This document shows, piece after piece, positions 25,774-35,463 of a stretch of 64,000 bases of DNA. A program made the position numbers and the translations under genes. Each line of letters begins with the position of its first letter. Positions within the stretch are counted from its first letter, which is position 1. The DNA is from Thelocarpon superellum. Lineage: Eukaryota. The stretch is from NCBI GenBank assembly GCA_026025795.1, contig JAPEUG010000012.1, forward strand, positions 1-64,000, given 5' to 3'. The notes below the pieces were generated by a model that worked only from the letters and a program-made list of their open reading frames with translations, did not search any database and was not told the DNA's origin.

Positions 25774-26134
25774 AAAAAAGAAAGGGAAAAGATTTTTGGA
25801 TGCAGTCGAACGGGAAGTTAAAAGCTTCGACTACACCCTTTCTCCCGAAGGTGTAGTCTATTGAAACCGTGAAGGTTTACATGGTAATGCTTTGCCCGCT
25901 ATTGTCCCTCCCCCTCCCTCGAACCTCCGCTATTTGCCCTCCGTTGGCTTGTGGTTGTCGTGGCTGTTGTCCTCGGTGGCGTGGTGGTTTGTCGATGTGG
26001 ATTTTGTGGAGTATGGTCGCCCCGAAACCTCCTCCTGTAGGGGAGATGCACGTGTTGGCCATCTGCTCGAATACAGTCCCCAATTGTATTCGAGCTACTG
26101 GTAGTACTTGTTTCCACTGAGCCAGCACCCCTAC
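25774..26134 (-). ncRNA. Candidate unidentified structured ncRNA, possibly Pol III-transcribed
   Basis: TATA-like CTTATATG (26165-26158), A-box TGGCTCAGTGG (26124-26114), four-way junction 26037-26134, 3' stems at 25798-25858, terminal T6 (25779-25774); no known family recognised. Confidence 0.45.
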
Positions 26135-26327
26135 GGAAGAAACGAGTGGAAGAATGGCATATAAGGGTGGCCGGGAAGATGTGGTGAATGTGATCGTAAC
26201 TTGCTTGAGGCATGGATTGGAGCTTTGGCGGATGTGAACAGACCGTCGCCACGGCCGGCCCCACTACCTGCCCCACCACCACCAACGTATCCCCCAACAT
26301 GAACCCTGCATCACGCAACATTTCGCC

Positions 26328-27102
26328 ATGAGCGGCTTCAGCACCGCCCGTCTCTTCGGCGGCGCCATCACCGTATCGCTGCCGCTTGCATACGCAGATG
26401 TGAGGTGAGTGTGGACGGTACTTGACCTGGCAGTGCATCGCCGTGCCCATCTCGTGTGGTAGTCAGTACCCGTATTCTTTCCCTGACCATGGACAACGCG
26501 GTAGTGAGATCCGACAAGTCCCCGACAACCAAGAGGTATATCTCGACCGGGACGGCTTCACGAGCATCATATTCGACCTCACGGAGCGCGTGACGGACGT
26601 CAGCTCCGACGAGGCCGCGCTGCTGTACCATCTCTCCGATGTCACGGACGAAGATGAAGACGGTGGTGGCGCCGCGAAGATATGGTCCTCCAGTGCCGCC
26701 ACTTGCTCCAAGCTTCCGTACGTATACGCACACGCTGACGCATACGCCACAGCCCCTGTTCGTGCATTTTTTTTACCTGCCCGCTTCCTTTGCTGATACC
26801 TCAGTGTTTCATGTAGGCCTGGCACCCCGGCGTACACCCTCCTGGCCACTACTGTGGCCGCTACTTCCGCCTCGTCTACGCCCACTCCATCCGCAGTTAC
26901 GGGTATTTTGCTGACGCTCGTGCGGCTGGAATCTCAAGCGACGGACGTTGTCGTCACGATCAATGTTCCGAACGTGCCGGGGAATACCGATGACGTGGAC
27001 ATAGGTGCGGGAAGGTTAGGTCCGTTGCTGGAAGAGGCGCTCCTGATGAGAAACCGCGTGCTCGAGACCTTGGATATACGAGACTGGGACCTGTTTGGCT
27101 AG
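26328..27102 (+). CDS. MOG1: Ran guanine-nucleotide release factor Mog1, 3 exons
   Basis: LFGGAITVSLP..YADVS|EIRQVPDNQEVY..DGFTSIIFDLTERV...LVRLESQATDVVVTINVP...IRDWDLFG. Confidence 0.92.
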
Positions 27103-27224
27103 GAGGGTTCCGTACGACGGTGATAATTACAGACAAGGCGCTGGGAAGCAGGAGTGGATCGTGTGTTGGGCCGGATCTTCAAATCCTGTCGACGTTCGAC
27201 GACGTACAACCGCGCGAGGATCCA

Positions 27225-29175
27225 TTATAAGCGTAGGAAATCAAGGTGGCGTACTACGTCCTTAAGGTCGCTCTCCTCACTCACCCCTGCCTCCTCACCC
27301 GCCTCGTCACCTCCGCCAACGGCGAGATCTTCCAGACGTCGTGCCGCGGCCTTGTGCGTCTGGTATGCCGCGCCCAGCAGCTTCATGATCTCCTTTTGCG
27401 GACTGGCGGGATTATCTCTTTTTACCGCCGCAAAGTGTTCTTTCACGAAGAGTGAGTAGCCCGTCGGGGCTGCGTTGCGCGGCGCCGGCTGAGTCTGGAC
27501 AAGGCTGGCTCTGCATGCGCCGCACGTCTGTCGCGCCGTGTCGATCGATTTCGAGTGCCGTTTGTACTCGAGTCCGCATTTGCTGCACTCCCACATGTAC
27601 TTGTACGCGATGGCGTAGGAGTGCTTCGTCGTCACTTCGATGCCGCGACTCCGAAATAGGCGCGAGCACTTCGATGCCCTAGCGAGCAATGACAACGTCA
27701 ATGCCCGAGCGACGTGGAGAATGGGAGACGCGAGCCCTACCATTCCTTGAACTCCTTGCCGTGTGGACAGTCCTTGACGCCAGAGATCATAAAGTTCGCC
27801 AAGTGGCAGTACTCATGAGCAATCACGTTGATCAGCCGGTCTAGAAAGGCGGAGAGTGATCAGTCAACCCTTCAGTTGATGGAGCAGAGGGATGACGGAC
27901 CTTCATCGTCAATCACTTTTTCCGCCAGTTCGATCGACGCGAAATGACGATAGGTGGGGGCGACGGTGGCGCCGCCCATACTGCGATCCCGGATGGCCTC
28001 ACGCTTCCAGTTCGCACGACCGGCGGTGGAGATGAGCTTCTTACTCCACAGAATCTGCACGCCTCCGGTCGTTGCCGCTAATTCTCCAACGCGACCCGAC
28101 GTCACCTTCTCGTCCAGCTCACGCAAGAATTGGAGAGCGACCTGTCGCTTCCGCCGATTAAAGTCAGCCTTGCTCTCCACCAGGTGCTTGTCCTTCTTCC
28201 CGCCCAACTTGGACGGAGATACGGGTGGCTCGTCCGCTCGTGCGCCACCACGTTTGGATCTCGGTGTCTTCCGCGGCGAATGTTGATCGTTCCACTCGTT
28301 GATGACGTCTTGGCTCCAGAAAGCGTCAATACTGGGCCGGTGTGGTGACTGAGGGATGTGCGGGGCCTTGGTCGGCGAAATCAGCTTCTTCTTGCTAGTC
28401 CTGGGACTTGGTGGTGGCGTGTGGAGGATTCGGTCACTCTCGCGTTTCGCGGGCGATCGTGATGCTGAAGGGGAACTGTGAAGAAGGTTAGCGTGCGTAG
28501 AGATATTGGCCTCGAGGATTGGTACAATTTCAGCACGGCGTGTGGTTCGTCGTGAAAGGAGTCGTCCGTCTCTTGGCTTCGGAGCGAAGGCAGGCTGTTG
28601 GACGGAATCGCGGGACGTCTCCGTGACGGGAGGACTGGCGAAGACCAGTCGTCAGCCTCCTCGATGGACACATCATCATCGACCACAAAATCGGCGAGGC
28701 TGTTGACCGATTCATCACCGGAAGACTCATGGGTCGCCTCTGAGTCGGAAGAGTGGTGGGGCAAGCGGTAATTGACCGGCTGCTTCACACGTCGTCGAGG
28801 GGAGTTTCGGCGCGAGGGGAGGAGCTGCGACGAAGCCAGCTGGATCCTGGAGGAGGATGCCTGGGTGGATGGTATGCTCAAAGGTAGTAGCAGAGTATTG
28901 TCAGTCGCCATGGCCAGTAGTGGTCGTCGCCGCCGAGTCGCTTTCTCTGCAATCTCCTCATTCGCCCTGATAATGGCATTGGTCCGTAGTGGTACCGCCG
29001 TTCCGGGCGAATGCAACGGGACAAAGTCCCGCACCGATGATGGATTCTCAAGAGCCAATTGTAGCGTGGTGGTGATCGGCTCCTGTTTGGCTGGCCGTAC
29101 CCCTCCTTGGCCGGGGCGCAAGAGGTCGATCAGGTCCGGCAAGTCATCGTCCACGTCGTCCACCAGGTCCGCCAT
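27225..29175 (-). CDS. SprT-like metalloprotease with disordered N-terminus, Zn ribbon and HMG-like box (GCNA/ACRC-like)
   Basis: WSKKLISTAGRA, IELAEKVID, IAHEYCH (HExxH), HGKEFKEW, VTTKHSY, CSKC..RHSKSID..CGAC, YSLFVKEHFAAVK. Confidence 0.85.
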
Positions 29176-29940
29176 TCTTGTCTCGTCCAAGGTCTTCTCG
29201 TGGCGAACATGTACAGATACTTATTTCACGATGCTTTTACCTCTCATACGAGGAACTACCGATCGCTGTTCGACGGTGATCTGTCACTGATGATGGAAAC
29301 GGCGCTCCGTTGCCACGGCAACTCGCCAAACCCAACCAACTGTAGGAGCAATGGTGATCACACCGGCGGTCACCAACTCTCATCGGAGCTCTAGCGGGTA
29401 CAGAGCTGATGCTACATGTGCGACATGGCTTGCGACATAGATGAGCACTTGAGACAAACGACAATTCGTAGCAATCAGACAATGGTGGGGTAGGACGTGG
29501 GATTGTCGTCAGTAGTGTGATCCTATGTGGGATCGGGGTGGCGCAAAGCGTATGCACGCCACACTCCCACTTTCGCTGCACACCATGGGAGTCACCAGCT
29601 ACAACCGCTTCTACCAGGGTGACGAGGAACCAGAGGAAATGGAGGAAATGGTACGGTCAATTGAGTTACAAGTACATCACAATCAATCCTGCAGGCCGGC
29701 CTACTTCAGGCCATGGTACATGAGGTCGTGCGCGCTGCAGAGCCTCGAATGAAAGAAGGGAAAGCAAACCATGCCAAATGATAACGTCTGGCCACGATTG
29801 GGCCGGTCACACTCACACGAGCGACTGAAGTCATCCACGCTTTCCAACCCGCCGACCAGGCTTCCTGGGCGTTCCCTAATCCACATGACTACCAGCCCTC
29901 GTGAACACGTCCCACTGATACGGCACCTTGTCATTGCCGT

Positions 29941-31663
29941 CTAGAGCAAGATCATGCCCGCGCCGGTGAGCATGGCGAGGACGACGTAGAAAACCAAGGG
30001 CGCCACGCCCACGTTGACGCTAGGCGTGAGCGCACCGGCCCCGCTGGCCTTCTTAGTGCTGGACGAGGTGGGAGTCGAGCCGCCGCTGGGGGCGACGGTG
30101 CCGCCACCCGTGGTGCCGCCGGTGTACGTGGGCTGCGACGTGACGGTGCCGGTGCCAGCGGCACCGACCTGTTCGAGCAGGCTGTTGCAGGCGCCGTGGG
30201 GCGTGCTCGGCTGCTGCACCGTCGCGTTGCCGCCGAAACTGCACGCATCTGCCGCACCGTTTTGGTTGGAGAAGTAGGCGTTGAAGGCCCAGGAGAGCTG
30301 TTCGGTGGCATTGCAGGCCGAGATGGAACCATACTGGCCCTGCGACCCGTCCGAGGCGATACCGTTGCAGGCCGAGTTGTCCAGCCCACAGACCGAGCTA
30401 AACAAGTCGGCGATGACATCACTGCTCAGCCCCGGGTTGGCGATGCACGACAGGTTGGCCACCACGCAGCTGCAGAGGACCTGGTTGGGCGTCGGCGGCA
30501 GCACCGATGACGCATTCCACGACGCACCCGTGGGCGGGCAGTCACGCGCCTGCGTGTTGGTCGGCGTGTACGACTGCATATTGACCAAGCTTGGCGTCGC
30601 CTTGGCAATCTGCTTCGACAGCGCGGTAAAGTCGGGGAGGGGACTGGCGGAGCTGCCGGAAATCGTCACCAGACCTAAGCTCGCACCGTCAGTCAGACGC
30701 TTCGAAGACGCGGGGCAGGCTGGGGAGACCAGGGGCAGGAGACGTACCGTAGTTGTTCGCCTCCTCGAAGTACATGTACACGATCCCGCCCGACCACACC
30801 GGCGTCATCTGCGAGCCGTACAAGGCCTGCACCTCCTGAAAGGTCCGTGGCGACGGCGTGTTGCATCCGTACTCGGCGAAGAAGACGGGGACGGTGTAAT
30901 TGGCGAACATCTGCGTGCGATCGGCGTAGCCCGACTGCTGGTAGCTGGAAGGGTTGCACCACGAGTAGATGTTGTAGCCGTAAAAGTCCACGCTCTCGTC
31001 GCTCGGCCCACAGTTGAAGTAGTCGGCCACGTTGTCGCGGATCATGGCATCGTCGCTCGTCGCGTAGCCGACACCCATGGGACGGTATTTCTTTTGCTTG
31101 ATGTACGCCTTCATGTCGCGCACGGCCGCCTTGACATACGGCGTGGCTTGCGTGTTGTTGGGCGCGTTGGCCACCTCGTTGCCGGCGAAGAAGCCGATGA
31201 CGTTGCTGTAACTGGCAAAGGCGTCGATGACGCTCGCGTACCGGGCGTACAGGTCGTCGTTCCAGTCCGGCGTGTCGCGGTTGATAGAGAGGCCGGGCTC
31301 GGAGAGATCGCTGATCACGTAGATGCCGGCGTTCTGCAACATCTGCATGCACTGCGAATGATCCTTGGTCGGGTCGACGGCGTACACGCGGATGGTGTTG
31401 GTCTCGAGCTTTTGGAGGTAGGGGATGTCACGTTGGCAGCTGGCCGCGTCGGCGAGCGGGTCGGTGTAGGAGTTGACGGTCGACGTGCCGTTGCCGCTAT
31501 AGTCCTGCTGGTACGCGACGCCCTTGATGAAGAATTCGGTGCCATTCGTCTTGTAGAAGAACTTGGAGCCCTTGATGACGATGGGATCGACGTCGGCGAG
31601 CGCGACGGACGACAGGACGGCCGCGGCCGTGAGCGCGGCGGCGCGGAGGCTGACGGTCTTCAT
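29941..31663 (-). CDS. GPI-anchored 1,3-beta-glucanosyltransferase GH72 with CBM43/X8 (Gel/Gas family), 2 exons
   Basis: Signal peptide, [25 protein letters not shown], Cys-rich X8 domain, Ser/Thr linker, hydrophobic GPI signal. Confidence 0.95.
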
Positions 31664-32435
31664 CTTGGTAGACCGCGCGGATCGTCACGCTGCGTCGGAG
31701 CGATGCGGAGACTTGGATCTCGATCTCACGATGTTGCGCGGGCGAGGCCAGTCATGCGAGGAGGGCGGAAAGTGAGAAGGGAACGTCGTGGTCCGTGGTG
31801 GTGGCGCAGGACGTGACCGGGCGGCGGAGGAGATTACGTTGCCAGGTCCGGAAGGTCGGCCGCAGAAGCAGTGGCGCTGGTCAGCGAGGGGCCCGACGAA
31901 TTAGGGGTCGAAGGAAGATGAGAGAAGAGAAAGCAAACGAGCGTCAATGATGGCACGCCGCGGACGGAGACCGTAGGTTGACGATCACAATAGGTGGAGA
32001 GAGTGACGGGGCACGATGAGGATAGAAAAAGAGGGTATTGTGCCGAAAGACCAAAAGTGGTAGGGGCGATGTGCCTGTGGGTGTGGGGACCAGTGCGCAT
32101 AGGAAGTCTGGAACGAGCGCACGGCCTCCCTCTCCTCCTCCCAAGGGAGGGAGTCTCGTTTCACGCGGTCGTCTCCCTGCGCGGCTGGCACTTCGCCGGC
32201 CAACACGCAATACGAGTGACTACTATGTTACTACTGATGCCGACCGCAGCAATCGCAGCGGACTGCGGCCACCGATCCTCATGTGGGCTCTTCCTAACTG
32301 CCACTTCCTTACTGCGGATACACGAGGCGTGTTTCTCGTTTGGCTTGATAGCGACGAAACGGATGATGCGGCACATTCGATCATGCCTCGAATACGCAGT
32401 GAACTGACCGCGCATCGGCACCTTTTCCACCTATT

Positions 32436-32445
32436 TTATTTTTAG
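32436..32445. promoter_or_regulatory. Putative MEF2-type (Rlm1/RlmA) site
   Basis: TTATTTTTAG matches YTA(A/T)4TAR in an otherwise GC-rich GEL/FKS1 intergenic region. Confidence 0.45.
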
Positions 32446-35346
32446 TTCGGGTATATGTTCGCCGACCCGATGACAGCACCAGGACAAACGAAGTGACTTG
32501 TCTTGTTGTCCCAGCATTCGAATGGGACTCGGACGAGCCCTCGAGGCCATCTCCCCTCCTCTTACCTGGATCTCGACTGGCTGGTGCTGAATACGGGTTG
32601 GGCCATTCCTGCCCTGGATGAGAGGTTTGAGCTCGTATGCCTGGCACAGCCACCCATGGTCAAACGCGTTCGCATCTGGTTCGGGGCGAACTCATCGTCA
32701 TGTATGGCACTACGGCATCTAGTAAACAGTGCAACATGCCATCGCTCTTCAAGGGAAATCTAAGAGAGTCGTTGTGCTTGCCGACAGGAGACTTGGTAAT
32801 GTCTTCCGGCGAGAGGACTTGTACTCGTACTCGTAACCGTAAGAATGGATGGACCACGATGTTAGCCTAGATCGACGCGAAGGGGCGCGCGTACGTGGCA
32901 GTGGACGGCTCTCAGAGCCAATGACAACGGCGGGTACGAGGACGAGTAGTATTGGTGAGCTGACCGGGGCGCGACCGAATTACCCCTATCCGCGGCGACC
33001 ACCTCAACACGATCTTACTCGCTCTCGGGTCGGACGGACGACTGGATGGACTGTCGACGCGACCCACCAGCACCTCGACGAGTACGAGACGAGGACTCGT
33101 TCGTCCAGGACTTGCGCGAGCGGGGCGCAAGTTGGTGCTTACCTATTCGGACTTGCCACTTTTATGCCATTGAGACCCGCCAGATGAATCCCAGCACGCT
33201 AATCAGAATGATACTGGAAGAATCAACTTCTATTTTTGTCTCTCGCCAGAACGAGTGCTGGAACGAATCACAGCTCTTCGTCGTAATAGTACGGTAGTCC
33301 TGCGCGCGTTGAGGCTGGATCTGGTGTGCCTTCCCGCTTCGGGCGATCCGCGCGCGCTGGTCGATCGGAGGCGTCGTGAGCGCCGGGCGTCGCCACCTGG
33401 TTGACATCACGATCATGGTGTTCGATCCTCCACGCTGCAACTATGAGGTCTCAATGACCAAGCAAAGACGCTCGTCTGCGCCCGTCCGCGCCCGCGGCCA
33501 TGGCGGATGTGCGTGGAAGATGCACGCTCGAGCATTGGCCCTGTAAAGTGGAGCGGAAAGTGAGATGGCCGTGTGCGACGGTAATCGGAATGGGCGGCCA
33601 ACGCCTGCCTCATGCGGCGGCGATAGCTGATAACTTATCCAATCGTCCGTCGCCGACTCTCTATCAGATCGCGTCGGGCTATTTGTAGGGTGTGAATGTG
33701 TCGTGGTCATGGTCGGGTTACGGACCATTGCCAGCGCGCCACCACCGCTGGCTGCTTCAACGCGCTCCGCCCGCGCAGGATCCCGACCGAAGGCTGGGTC
33801 CAGTCTAAAGCCAGGGCCCCCGGCCGCGCTTGGCCCGACTCGGCCTAATCGGGTCCGATGTGTGTTGCATCTTGGCCCAGGTCCCTCAAATATGCCACGA
33901 TGTGCAGCCAGTGCATGAGGACGTGATATCGCGTGGACACGCATGGGGGACCGGAAGTGAATCTGATCACGGCAGTGCGTTGCGAGGCTCTCTAATCTTA
34001 CTTGAACTCGGCGAGACTGATTGCTAATCTTGCTCCACGTCGGACGATGGAATGAGCGAGTGAACAGGTTAGAAGTGACCGGGTCAACGCGCCCACGGCC
34101 TCGCCTGACTGAATGAGACGAGCGACTGGATGGTGGGAGGCACGTCAGAGAACCGTGAAGAAGTTTCTGCAAGGACGTGCATGTGCGGTCGCCGATCGGG
34201 ACGTGGGTGTGGACGCGGCCGTGAACGCGGTCGCAGTTGCGGGCGCACTGCCGCACCACGATGAGGACGAGGACGAGGACGTATCGTGGCAGCTGGGAAC
34301 CGGAGGAACGGAGTACCGCTCGTATCGGTGTAGCAGGACAAATACTTTTCGCTCTCAGGTACCGGGCCACACGATAGAGACAAACCTTACCGTCGGTCTA
34401 CGTGCCAACAGGACTGGCCCCTTCCCAGTAGCCGCCCCACGTCCCTCGCGTCCGCCAGCCCGTCCTTCGCGGGCCCCCCTCCCGAGGGGCGAAGCCTCCC
34501 CTGGCCGCCCTTCTACTCGAAAGGATGCCCACCTATTCCTACCTCGGATTAGATGCGATAGGCGGTCCTCCCAACCCGTTAGCTCGCATACGGGCACATC
34601 CCCTTTCCTTACCAAAGATCATTTCCTGTTCCTCGACGGCCTAACACGAGCCCTCGCCGGCAGAGTGCCCGTAGGAGTAGGGGTGCTCGTATCTCATTAG
34701 ATGCGAGTAGAACAAGTGTTCGGGGATCAATGCCCAGTCAGATCCGTAGGCCTGCCCGTCGTTCTTGACCCTCCCGCTTGTTTCGCGGCCCGGCCACCGG
34801 CTCCAGCTATTATCGAGTACCCGCCTCGCGGTCGCTTCACCACTCCTTCCGCCTTCCCTGTCGCTCTCTAACCCTCTCATTCTCACCCTCGCCGCGCCAC
34901 TTCCAACCTCCATCTTTACCTCCCCTCTCACCACTACGCTCTCTCTTCTTCCCTCCCCATCTCCTCTCACTCTTTCCCGACCGGCCGCTGGCCCGTTTCC
35001 CGCGTTCTCTCTGCCTCACGCTCCTCACATTCGCTCGAGCAACACCCGGCCTGCCTTCCGTTCGTCCGTCTTCGTGGCGTGACCGTCGCCCCTCGCTCTC
35101 GGTCGCGTTTTCAAGACGTCTGGCCGCGTGGATCCACCCACCATCGATCGCAAATTACTTGCAACGCACTACTCGGGCTCCCGTCATCGACTGTTCGACC
35201 TTCGTTTCCGGTCTCGCCAAACCCGAGTCCCGGCAAGTCCAGAGCCGGATCCGGTCTCACCACGACCGCTCCGAAAAGCCGTGATCTCTTTGAACCCAGT
35301 GATTGAGCCCGCCGCGAATCTCGTTCTTCCAATGTTTTGATGTGAT

Positions 35347-35429
35347 GTGAGTTCTCCCCACCGTGGGCGGCCAATCCGACAGCCTCGCTGCCTCGATCGC
35401 GAACGCTGGTTCACGCTGACGCGTCCCAG
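35347..35429 (+). other. Probable 5'-UTR intron of FKS1
   Basis: gtgagt donor, gctgac branch site, cccag acceptor 34 nt before the ATG. Confidence 0.55.
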
Positions 35430-35463
35430 CGAGCTTCAGCCGTCGCTGTGATTGATCGCCATC

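Noticed and set aside
25798..25883. Group I intron-like strings (GACTACAC...AAGGTGTAGTC followed by a small hairpin)
   Set aside because: Only about 20 nt lie between the putative P7 strands, leaving no room for P3'/P8, and no P4-P6 core is visible
33441..34370. 309-aa minus ORF in the GEL/FKS1 intergenic region
   Set aside because: Arg/Ser/Pro-rich, non-ATG start, lacks the local codon bias, no domain
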